DNA of 57,505 bases from NCBI GenBank assembly GCA_002104905.1, contig MCFE01000564.1, forward strand, positions 1 through 57,505, given 5' to 3'. Under the pieces are notes generated by a model, which had not been told where the DNA came from, searched no databases, and worked only from the letters and a program-made list of their open reading frames with translations. Shown here piece after piece: positions 11,039 to 24,039 of this stretch. The stretch is from Basidiobolus meristosporus CBS 931.73 (lineage: Eukaryota > Fungi > Basidiobolomycota). Position 1 is the first letter of the stretch, and each line of letters begins with the position of its first letter. The position numbers were made by a program, and so were the translations under genes.

Positions 11039-12672
11039 GTTGTGGTAGAATAGCTATGAGATTACTAGAGAATATATTAACTCAGAGTCAAGGACAGTCT
11101 CCAGCTTTTATAGGTATTCATGCTGGTCCACCATGTCAACAACTTCCCAATATGGCGATACTTTAATCTCAAACCTGAATGCGAGATGATTCTACTTAGC
11201 CTGGTGTCATTTTTGTAGAATAGAACGACGCTATATCAGCTTCGTAGGAGTTCGGGGATTCGATTAGGATTGCAAGTAGAACATTGTATGTAGGACAATC
11301 AAATCGAGCTTGAATACCAATGGGCTTACAAGCAGATGATGCATCATCATTATTCTTCCAGCCCGCATTCCCAAGAGATCTGATGAGTAGTTGGGGTTCT
11401 TTCCCAAAAGCTACTTGGTAATAAAGTCACATTTCCCAATATGATCCTGGGTTTCTGGGATCCGTATCATACGTACGGCATCATGATAATCAATAAAACC
11501 CATCTCATCGCAGAACATCTAATAGAAACCACTCTTACAACCAAGGCCTCTGACTCGTATTGCGTAGTTGTCATCCCATGCATTCTAATTTCACATACAC
11601 TTGTTACACGAGATTTTCCACTTTGATGACATCAACCTCCCGAAAGCGCCAGACGAATAACAACACATGATACGGTTTACTTGCTACACGGCAACAAGAT
11701 TGGTGTAGCCGGGTTAGGGTATAGGGCCATGCAGCAACAATTCCCATTCAATGACTAGCTACAGTACCACAGGATTAGGACTACCACATCACTTCATTGC
11801 CTGTATATTGGTAGCTGTCAAAATCCTCGCTGGATTCCAGACATAGATCGGAGAGCATGTGTCAAATGCGTGTTTCCTAATAATCATACTGCCTGCCAAA
11901 ATACCCGTGTGGAGTAGCAAACTGGTACTGGCATAGGGGCTTATGGTAACTCTCACATACGATGTATAACTCAGCCAAACGAATATTCGAGACAATCAAT
12001 TCAGAGCACGCCAATCAGCATCTACGGGTCTTTGGTACACACCGTCTCACTGGTCTTAGCTGCACTTGCTTCAACTGCATTGTTGCAACAGTGCCCTTCG
12101 GGAACATAATTCAGTTTTTCCAATTGATCCTTAGACTACGAATGCTCAACCAATTGTAGTGCGTTGGTACACGTCGTGGAAAAAGAGCTGGCAGTGTATC
12201 CAAGGTACTGCTCTTCAAAAACTAAGAAATCTCGGAGACGATGAGGCCGTCGTCGTGCATGTGTTGATGGATTGGAACTCCTGAACGCAATGGTATATTA
12301 TTCGATTCTCTATGGCGAGCTTGGCTTCGGAACTGTTCCCAGCCTGAATGTAGGCTGCTAACCGACAATCCACAACATGGTCTAGATCCTCAATCAATAC
12401 TAAACCATCATCTAGCTAACATGTACGACAAACGGGTGATATTCCTAAATCATACATGCTACCTACTTTGAAACCGATGTTTTCACTGTTTGATTTTAGT
12501 TACCCTCTGATACAATCCTGATTATTTTAGCTGTGGTCACCCTCTCGATTGCAGTGTTGCGCTCTGTCTGCTCTTCATTCCTTTCCCTGCAAGTCCTGAT
12601 TACTGTACGAAGTGAACAGACATCCAAACAACATATGGTGGAAACAAGGCTGACCTTATTTATAATTTCTAG

Positions 12673-13787
12673 ATGGGCAACAAATCTGACATACTTCCCG
12701 CACCAGTCACTACTAAAACACAAATCCGACATCATGCAACTTCGGTGATCTTTGCTGTTGTCGCATTCTACTGGGTAGCCTCACTATCGGTTGTGTTTTT
12801 AAACAAATACATCCTTAGCAGCTCGGAGTTCAAATTCGCCTATCCATTATTTGTAACATGGTACCAACTTATCGTGGCTCTAGTGCTTTTAGTTACCTGG
12901 GGTCATCTCGGCAAGAGGTAGGCTTGTTAGCGTCTTCTCGGTTTCCCCTTGGATATTCCTTGACCAGCCCTTTTTCAGATACACCTTCTTTTCCGCAATT
13001 CCTCCCTTCGAGTTCAACCAGAAAATCGCTAAACGAGTTGCACCCTTAACGATAATCTATGTGATGATGCTGGCCCTGAATAACCTCTGCCTCAAATACG
13101 TCGAAGTTACCTTCTACCAGGTGAATTTCGTACGTCTGCTTGTTTCTTGAAGATGCCTTCTAACTCGCAATCCTATTACAGATTGCTCGCTCTTTAAGCA
13201 TTTTCTTTAATATCGTCTTCACATATTCTCTCTTGGGACAAAGGACTTCCATGCCGGCCATGGTTGGTTGTGCTATTGTATTCGTTGGCTTTGTCGTCGG
13301 CTCTTATGGCGAAGTGAACTTTTCTTGGGCTGGTATCTTTTACGGTGTCAGCTCTAGTGCGTTCGTCGCTTTGTACGGTATATATGTGAAGAAAACGCTC
13401 GGTATCGTTGAAAACAACCAATGGAAGCTTCTTCATTACAATACTGCTATCTCCATTGTACTCATAAGCCCCATTGTGGTCTTCTCGGGCGAACTCAGTG
13501 AAATCTACCAAGAGGTTTACTACCTTGGCGATCTTAGTTTCTGGCTGTTGATGACTGTTACTGGCGTCACGGGCTTTCTGATCAACACTGCTATGTTCCT
13601 TCAAATCAAGTACACCACACCCTTAACTAACACTATCTCCGGAACCGCCAAAGCCTGTGTACAAACTTTACTTGCTGCCATGTTCTTCCAAAATCCCATT
13701 CCATTCATGAATGGCATTGGCATTTTCATGTCGCTATTCGGCTCTGGATATTACTCATTCGTTCGTTACGGCGAAATGAAGAAGTAG
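12673..13787 (+). CDS. Nucleotide-sugar transporter, GDP-fucose transporter-like (SLC35C1/TPT family), 3 exons (12673-12917, 12979-13120, 13182-13787)
   Basis: Motifs SVVFLNKY, PLFVTWYQ, NNLCLKYVEVTFYQIARSL, LLHYNT and QIKYTTPLTNTISGTAKACVQT; two 61-nt GT-AG introns restore the frame. The start codon directly follows TCTAG, so an upstream exon is possible. Confidence 0.88.
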
Positions 13788-14066
13788 ACCCCTGCTTCGT
13801 GTCCCCACACCAACCATTGCATTACAAAGCTTATGTATGGGCCACTCTAGAATCAGAATCTATTCGAATGGGATTTAATGGGTACATTTGCATTGATGCT
13901 TGATGTAAGGTCTTCTGTATTGGAATGTAAACTAGTACTGTTTATTGATTAATAAAAGCAATCAAACACAAGTGCACTCAAGGACGGCCGTTTCATGATG
14001 GTGTACTGGATTGACATAATGTAGTGTAGAACCATCCGGTCTAGAGCTAATATGAGAAATCCCGAA

Positions 14067-15690
14067 TCATGCTTCGTTGTTGATGAGTGGACGTTGCTCT
14101 GAGTCAGCTTCAATATCTTCCGGCCCAAGCTCCAATTCTGGATCTCTACCCCAGCGTTCGCGCAGTTTGTGGAAGCCATATGCTAGGAGGCTGTTAATCA
14201 AGAAGACAAACGGTGTTTGGATTCCAAGCACCCAGAAAATCTCCTTTCCTTCCTTAGGATCCAGTGAAGACCAGCTAGATGCAAACGTAAACTTAGCTGG
14301 GTGTCTTCGGAAAATAAAGCCTGAACCAACTTACGTAACCGGTGCGATCATCAGTACAATAAACCAGCTGATAAACAGCACTCCCCCAGACAACAGTTGA
14401 TTCCATCGCCATCTACATAACAGCATCTCTATGGGCACAAAGCACAGTGCCAGTAAATCCATCTGATGGAATCCCCAAAACCTGAACACTAGATGGGAAT
14501 CAAGGTAGCCTGATGGCAGGGGAGTATATACCAACACCATTACGAAAACGGGGAAGATCACCACATAAAGGACCATGGTGATATAGAGTATCCAGTTGAG
14601 TACAAATAGAACCATGGGAAATTGTAAAGACTGAGAATCTCGAGGTGGTGAGGTACGAAAATATCGGACCGAATGATAAGTGGCGATCTGGTGGAGAATA
14701 AGTCAGTAACCAGGCTCTGATGATCAGAGATGCTGTCCACTTACTGTATAGTACATGAGCTTCAAAAAGAACTGGTGAGTGAATAACGAGAGTTGCAGAT
14801 ATCCCTCCACGGTTAACCAACCACCGACCACCAGTTCAATCCATAGTAATGCTGTAAAAAGAATTCGATAGCTACGAAGAAATTTGGCCTTGACAAAATG
14901 CGATGTAGCAGGTACGGTGTAGTCTAATTCCCCCAGAAGCTTGTTTAGAATATCCATTCTATAGAGAGCGCAAAGTTGGTGCTTAAAGGCTACTATCGAA
15001 GTCGGATATCCAAGAGGCCACAGCAAAGACGTCCGGATAATCGTAGGCAAAGCTTTAACAGGCCCATTTGTGGCTTAGATTGACCCCTATCAGAAAAGGG
15101 GATGTTTCTACTCAACCCTTTTGTTTGATTGAAGTAGATCTGATGTGAGATATTGGATAAAATGGCAAGCATCTGCATAGTACTGGTATCAGTGCTAAAA
15201 GCATTCCGGGAATGTCCCCTTAAATGTAGCACAATGATGAAGGTGTTGACATGTTACGTCATATTCAGTTTAGGTAGTTGCCTTTGTACAAATGTACCGC
15301 GAGCCAGACAGAATGTCGGTCTTTTGGCTGATCTTTTAGATAGGTGTAGATCATTTCATCACCTTGTATTCTAGTTCTCTCCCAGACAACTAGGGGATGA
15401 AAACGAACTTGGGTTAAGGCAACTACATTCAATCATAGGACTACAGCAACCACGCTACACTTGATTTCGTGTATATTTATTGACAAGCCTCTGATCAACT
15501 TTGATTTGGCACCAAAAGCAGGTGGATGTTGATACACATATCTCAGTGTTGCATGGCGTGGAGTACTCTGTTTCTGTTGAATCACAGCTATAATTCTTGC
15601 TTTTGGCATCGGTCCTCCTAGTACGGAATACCCAGTATCCAGCTCAATCCCATCAACCTCATGGTTGATACATGGCACAACCTATTGGTC
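14067..15690 (-). CDS. Multi-exon polytopic membrane protein: C-terminal rolling-stone/FAR-17a-like TM domain plus unrecognised N-terminal soluble region; 5' end unresolved (possible ATG at 16153)
   Basis: In-frame introns 14744-14688 and 14334-14275 (GTAAGT...AG) join ...TSHFVKAKFLRSYRILF...IATYHSVRYFR...FHQMDLLALCFVPIEMLLCR...WSSLDP...EQRPLINNEA*. Upstream exons (VWERTRIQGDEMIY, GHSRNAF, FAYDYPDVF) splice plausibly but less certainly. Family resemblance is by eye. Confidence 0.55.
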
Positions 15691-16489
15691 TGAAGATTTC
15701 GTGACTGCCCACAAGAAAATCTATGCATGGAGGAACGGCCTTTTTGCACATAACGCTTTTTGAACGCAATTGTTACCTCGCTGCTACCAACACTCCACTA
15801 GATTCAGATCTGAGCAGAAGTTTCAATGGCAACTGTCGATTCGATTTTCACTGGAATATACTACTAGTGAACTTGACCTATTTTGATTTGTCTAACTAGG
15901 GGTTGAGATTTGTGGGAGGCTTCACATTACTACCTTGGATTTTGCCATATTTCAGAAAGAGTATTCCTAGTGGATGGCAGCAAGAGACTCTTACTAAACA
16001 CCAATACAACAGAATAAAGACAAGTGGTCGAGTCAAGAGCTGCGGTTATGTGGTAGTGAATCACTCTATTCAAATACAACTATATGGAGGTTGAAATTCC
16101 TGGCGCTCGCCCTCCTTCCAAACAGCAGAGGAAAATTTTTGAGTTTCGGGCATTAGGTGGTGAATATACAGCAGCAATATACAGTCAACCGGTGAAAGCG
16201 GGCATGTTCCGTCAGTTTTGTCTGGTGGTAAGGCCACTTGCAAGCAAATAACCTATCATCAATCAGCAAAATATACGTTGAATGAATCCATTATTCGCGT
16301 GATGATTCTTTGATTCCTACCATAAAAAGACTTCGAGCTCTGATTGGCCTTGTTTTTACGGGGAGCTTCCTTCCGAGCCCAATTGTTGTGTGGACAAAAC
16401 CTTTCCTTGATTTATCGCATGATATACAAGATAGTGTGTGTGGCTAGTTGAAAGTAGGTGCCGAAATTACATAATAATAGGAAAGCTTC

Positions 16490-18424
<1,935 letters not shown>

Positions 18425-18713
18425 CCTCAGCGGTAGTGCCTCCTATTAATTGCTAGTCACGGTGTGTATATTAGGACTTGTGTTATAGAGGAACGAGCTG
18501 AAGCGATGTAAATTTGAATTTATGCATCAACATGAATCTATTCCAAGAAGCTGGAAGTTAAAATAAACATATTGATTTGCCTAGTTAGTTTTTTACTTAT
18601 ATATACATACATACATCAATATCGAAGATTAGACACAATGCTTCCACAGCAGCCCGCCTCATTATTATATACATATCTAATTCTAAACCCACTTGAAGCG
18701 TTCAACTCCTGGT

Positions 18714-20318
18714 TCACGTACTGAACATGGCCATCCGTGCCAACACAGTAACCAAAGGCGCGTTGAAATCTAGAGCGGGCTCGTTCTCAACATGTAGCGT
18801 TCGAACATCAGAGTGACTGTCATCCTTTTTAGGGCCACCTACCAGTGCGCCATACAAGACAAATTGATTGGGCTTTTGACTTGTATAATCGCCCCATCCA
18901 TTGATGCCTTGGGACCCGGCGTGATGTATGCGGATAGGGGAGTTGGTGTCGGAGCCAACAATGTAATTTCGCTTTAATGGATTTTTTCCAAGAATATAGT
19001 CCACCTGCGATTTCCCTAGGTCAGTATATTTCTGTGGGGTCGAGGCCTTACATAAATCGGCAAACAGCATAGACATGAGCGCAGTGCTAATGGCAACGTT
19101 GTTTGAACCAGAACTACTTTCAGGAATCCAGATCAATCCACCCGGGGTTTTCTGACGAGATATCCAGTCGAAATATTTATACAGCACATCAAAGTATAGC
19201 TGCTTCTTGGTAATGGCGGCCAAAAGGATGGTTACACCCACCGACTTATCATCCCAGCTTTGGAATGTTCCCACCAGACGCTTACTTAAGGCAAATGTTC
19301 GATAAAACGATTCAGCCTGTGCCAAGTAGGTATTGTTATTTGTAGCACGGTATAGCCATAACGTTCCCCATGCGAGCTCATCCTCAAAACCGGAGGACAA
19401 ATAGCCTTCTCTGACGCCCAACATACCGTTTTTAGTCTGTTTGGCGACCGAATTCTGATATTTCCCTCGGTTGTTCGTGCCTAGCTTATGAAGGCTGATA
19501 GCATGTTGTAGTAGTGTATTGCCATACCCTTTCAATGCATCATCATCCGAAGAAGTGAATACCATGGATGCAGCGGCTAATGCAGCACATGATTCTAAAA
19601 CCGGCTCTGTTCCTGGAAGCTTTGGTGTGACGAAATACACTGGGCGCGGAATCTGCTTTGGCATATTCTCAGCTGTACCCCAATAGTTGTGATCCGGAAA
19701 CGGATCCCCAACTTGGACGACGAACCTGGTTTCTTCTACATGACTTTTGATGATATAGTCAGTTCCCCACTTGATAGCATCCAGTAAATATCCCCACTGC
19801 CCCGCTTTGACGAATCCCTCCCGATACTCTATGGCGCCCCAACTTAGGGTGGTCAATGTGTATCCTGCTGGTAGGGCGAATTTCACAAAATCCCCTGCAT
19901 CATAGTATCCGCCCGACAAGTCCAATCCAAAGGGCTTGCCATCGTCCATGTGGGAGCTTTTTCTCCAGGGCACCCTATTAGCCGGCGGTAATTTCCCTGA
20001 CCTTTGTGCATCATAAAACCAAAGCGCAAGCTCCAAATTCCGGGTATATGTGGCGTATTCCAACGAGCCATTCACGAGGTATTTACGTAAGGGAGGTGGG
20101 AATATATTCTCGGTGTTATTCCGCTCTTTGGCGTCTGAACCAGACTGGGGGTTGCTTGCTGCTTCGGGAGTTTTGGTCTCAGGATCTTCCGTCTCAATTG
20201 GGGTGGTGACTTCATTAGGTATCTGACTGTTGTTGAAACAGTGGCTTCTTGTTACTGCAGATAGGAATAAAAGTGCAATTAAAAGGTTATGTTTAGGAAT
20301 TATGGATGTTGACTTCAT
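18714..20318 (-). CDS. Secreted glycoside hydrolase family 9 endoglucanase (cellulase), intronless, no CBM
   Basis: Signal peptide and acidic T/P/E linker, then FYDAQRSG, DLSGGYYDAGDFVKF (catalytic Asp pair), IKWGTDY, VVQVGD, DELAWG, RIHH and ENEPALDFNA (catalytic Glu). Confidence 0.95.
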   Translation of the reverse strand: MKSTSIIPKHNLLIALLFLSAVTRSHCFNNSQIPNEVTTPIETEDPETKTPEAASNPQSGSDAKERNNTENIFPPPLRKYLVNGSLEYATYTRNLELALWFYDAQRSGKLPPANRVPWRKSSHMDDGKPFGLDLSGGYYDAGDFVKFALPAGYTLTTLSWGAIEYREGFVKAGQWGYLLDAIKWGTDYIIKSHVEETRFVVQVGDPFPDHNYWGTAENMPKQIPRPVYFVTPKLPGTEPVLESCAALAAASMVFTSSDDDALKGYGNTLLQHAISLHKLGTNNRGKYQNSVAKQTKNGMLGVREGYLSSGFEDELAWGTLWLYRATNNNTYLAQAESFYRTFALSKRLVGTFQSWDDKSVGVTILLAAITKKQLYFDVLYKYFDWISRQKTPGGLIWIPESSSGSNNVAISTALMSMLFADLCKASTPQKYTDLGKSQVDYILGKNPLKRNYIVGSDTNSPIRIHHAGSQGINGWGDYTSQKPNQFVLYGALVGGPKKDDSHSDVRTLHVENEPALDFNAPLVTVLARMAMFST

Positions 20319-23300
20319 TCTAGGGCAGAGGTGTAGCTTGATTTAGGTTGATTAAGTCCGAGATTTTACAATGAGCCTTCGTTATATTATATTAAGGTAC
20401 ATAGATGGCACTCCAGTATTGTTGGCAAATCGGCCGTCAGCTGAAGCTGCAGCCTTATATACAGAACAACTCTGATGTCGCGCCGGTGGGACCAAAAGAA
20501 TTTGCTGATAGATTGCCTCGGGCCAATTCAACAATCCATATTACAGCGATTAGTAGCAGACATTTATTGTTCGGGACCGGCACCCAAGAATGACAATGTG
20601 TTGGGTGCTATCAATCTCAAGACAATACGATTGTATAGAATTTAGATACGATACGCTTGAGAGTTTTTGATGAACGAAACAAAATAGGTGGATGTAAAAG
20701 AATGGAGAGACATCCGTTGGAGTAACATCCATTTCCAGAACCGTGCGCTTCAGAAACGAGGCACAATGCAGCTGAACAATAAGTACTCCAAATTTCCGCT
20801 GAACTGATGCCATGCGAATTCGAGTTGCACAAGGTTCTGGTTACTCCATCACACACATATATATGTATGTGTATAATAAGCTTAAATTAGCATCAATTGA
20901 CTGGCCATCACTTTGCTCGACTCATAGTCATAAAACGTAATTATTCTCGATTGAGGTTCGCAGTGAATAGGCTACCCAAACCGAAGAAAATTCCTTGGTC
21001 TATGATTTTGGACAATTCAGGTGTTGAGTAACTCGACCGACTGCACACATCCATACACACCAGGCTGTTCCCATAGGACCCTAAGTGACATTTGATCATC
21101 GCCAGGTGTTTCAAATGAAGAAAGGGAACATTGAGCAAGGATTTCTCATCTTCTTGAGGGAATTCACGGTGTAGCTGTTCAAGGATAGAAAAGCAACATC
21201 AGGACTGCAAGTGATACTAAAGCCATTATACATCGAAGTCACATATTGTGTGGAATTGATGGGATAAGATCCGAAGGCTATTCAAGTAGCCACATTGTGA
21301 TAAGTGATAAACGCCCCGCAATTATCTCGTCAGAGGGCTTCGACGGAGCCAGGTGAGTGCTATTAGATAAGACGGTTACACGAGCGCTGTAGACCCTTGT
21401 AAACATTGGTCTCCAAAAATTAACCAATTCCGTAGCATGTATATACAATGCATGATCATCACCCTCGTATCACCTATGGTGCAACCATATACATTTACAG
21501 TGGCCCTCCACGGCATATTCTCCAAAAATAGGGAGTCCGTGATACTTGGTGCTTATGCATTCCTCTAGACAGCATATTAAAAATGTACCACATTTACGTA
21601 AGTACTCGGCCTCAAAGAAATGCGTATAGTAAAGGATATGCCTACTTCCGTACGGGCCCATCACGGTGAGTATTAAGGCCGAAGTTGCTAAATGCGATGA
21701 TAAGCGCCCAGTAAAGGGAATCATGTATTTTTCTTCCAGGTTAATATATGATTGGAAGCCACACTCCCTACTCACATACAGCCTCTTTGCAATCCTCTGA
21801 AAGGCGACATATTCTTTGCTTAGCTCACAATCATGCCCAAGGAGCATGACCTCCCAGTGTTTCATCTTGTGTTTTCGTATTGAGTGAAGGCAATGACAAA
21901 TATGCATCTACTCACCAACCAATCTCAAATAGAGTCGCCACCACACCTTAATCTATCAATTCCCTATTCAGTTAGACAGCTCCATGATCGAGCCAATCCG
22001 CAAGTACCACCGGCGTCATTGGCTGGTGAGCGAATCTCGAAATTCAAGTGACTACACAAATACACATTTGTATTCCATTTCTACATCTAATAATCCGCTA
22101 GAATTCGAACCGCTGCCTCTGCTCCCACACATCAAGGATCAATGATCATCGAGATACGGCGAATCAACTCATATCTTGATCTTCTCAAACATCCAGAGAG
22201 ATCATATTCCTGTAACAATCTCCCTAGAAATCGGTAATATCCTTGAGAAACCTATCTAAAGAGCGCCTATGGGCACAGAACATACCGAGGTGTTGAGTAG
22301 ATGCACCACATTTATGTGTATAATACCGAGCATGCTACGTATGACCTCAGGATAGCAATGTCTTTATGCATGGGTCCTGTGCGGGAGGATGAGGAGTCCC
22401 TGGAATACGATCGTAGAGTGTCGTTGTCACACATGAGCATGGTTGTTGAGAGGCTTGCTCCAGACATGCTACACTAGTCACCAGCGTGTAAGTCACCAAC
22501 GTGTTTGCGGGGTCGTCATGAGCCAAGCCTGGGCTGAGCGCTTGGAAGAGTCTGTGTAGAGCAGAAGGGGCTGAGGCAAGTGCTCGCTTGATGGTTGCCA
22601 GTCGGATGCCTGCTTTCTAACCACGTCCCTGAAAACATTTTCCTCCCATCGGGTTGTAGAGTTGCCGGATACAGGCCAACCAAGCATTTAGCATTCACAA
22701 CACCACCATGTATGATTCCAAGGCAGACCCATGAAATGACTGAAACATGCCATTCCTATTTGTTTATCCAGTGCTGGTGAGACGTAGCTGGTTCTATTAC
22801 CACTCACACTTGCTGTTGGTGCGGATGTTGATGGTGTCTGATTCAGATACGTGATTAGCAGAGGCAGCTTATTAATAGTGAAAATATACATTCGCCCTTG
22901 ACTCATAATTAGAGAAGTGTTTGACACATGGCCTATGGAAGCGAGGCCAAGGTTTCCTGTTTTATTGTGACGGAATGGATCATCTATCTCCAGATTCGTG
23001 GGTATTTGGTGAGTTTGGAAGGTTGGTGCAATCCATTTATTAGTAAAGAAATCAATTCCTATTAGTGCGATATATACACATATTTTTGTATGTTGCGCTG
23101 GTGAACCTTCCCATAGTCTTTAGATGCAATCACAGTAATGAGCTACAATATATGTTGATTGGTACGGATAGATGCCTGTTTGAACGGTAGCGGCTGCTTT
23201 GGTTCAGGCGTGCCAGAAGTGACCTTGAAGTGTATATAGCCTGAGGATGAGCCTATACCTTTTGTCAGGCTTCGCCCCTGGTCAGAGCAAAACGTGGTTC

Positions 23301-23340
23301 TAACGAAGGGGAATAGGGTGGTCGAGGCAAATGTCCCAGC

Positions 23341-24039
23341 TCAACGACAAACACCCATAGGCTGAGGACAAAGGACGCCGTTTATTAGGTCCACGTCCGG
23401 GGAGGCTGGCATGGTGTACTGAAAAAGATCCAGATCACCCGGGTATAGCTCTGGGATATCACAGAGGTACTCACTGTCGGCGTCCATGACTGGACAGGAA
23501 AGCTTGACATCGAGTGCTGAAGTCTCGTATTGGTTGAGGTACTGCTCTAGATAGTTCAACCATTGAATATACTCGGATTCCGAAACATAGAGATTGTAAT
23601 TTAAAGCAGACAGGAACTGCACTTCCACAGAGTTGATTTGTGCGAGTGGAAGTTTGGACACAAAGGCCCAGGATTGATTCGAGTACGTGTTGTCGTCTTG
23701 AAATTTGTGCGCCAACATCAGTGCCACCACAATCACCACATACTCAGCCGCTGGGCCGGTGACCATGGTGGGGTAGTAGATTTTTATCCGCTGGATGTAC
23801 TCCAATGCAACCAGAATTGCCGATGGGGAGATATTCATAAAGGAAAGTATATCGCTACAAAAGGTGGCAAAGTGGTTCCCTGCCACATCGAACTCGAATG
23901 GAGCTTCGTGGCAAAAATGGAGAACCACCTCGGCCACGAAGCTAGCTAAGGAAACATCTTCCGTTTCATTGCTCACTTCCACACTATCGGTCTGAAGATA
24001 ATTGAGATATGAGTCCATTAACGACTGGTGATCCGACAT
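23341..24039 (-). CDS. Pho80/Pcl-like cyclin, single exon; first in-frame ATG at 24039
   Basis: Cyclin-box ILVALEYIQRI...VALMLAHKFQDDNTYSNQSWA...INSVEVQFLSALNYNLYV matches the Pho85-cyclin (KY/FxDDxxYxN..W) pattern. Confidence 0.86.
   Translation of the reverse strand: MSDHQSLMDSYLNYLQTDSVEVSNETEDVSLASFVAEVVLHFCHEAPFEFDVAGNHFATFCSDILSFMNISPSAILVALEYIQRIKIYYPTMVTGPAAEYVVIVVALMLAHKFQDDNTYSNQSWAFVSKLPLAQINSVEVQFLSALNYNLYVSESEYIQWLNYLEQYLNQYETSALDVKLSCPVMDADSEYLCDIPELYPGDLDLFQYTMPASPDVDLINGVLCPQPMGVCR

Noticed and set aside
22085-22115. Minus-strand GGTTCGAATT resembling a T-loop
   Set aside because: Invariant C61 is missing and no T stem or cloverleaf forms.
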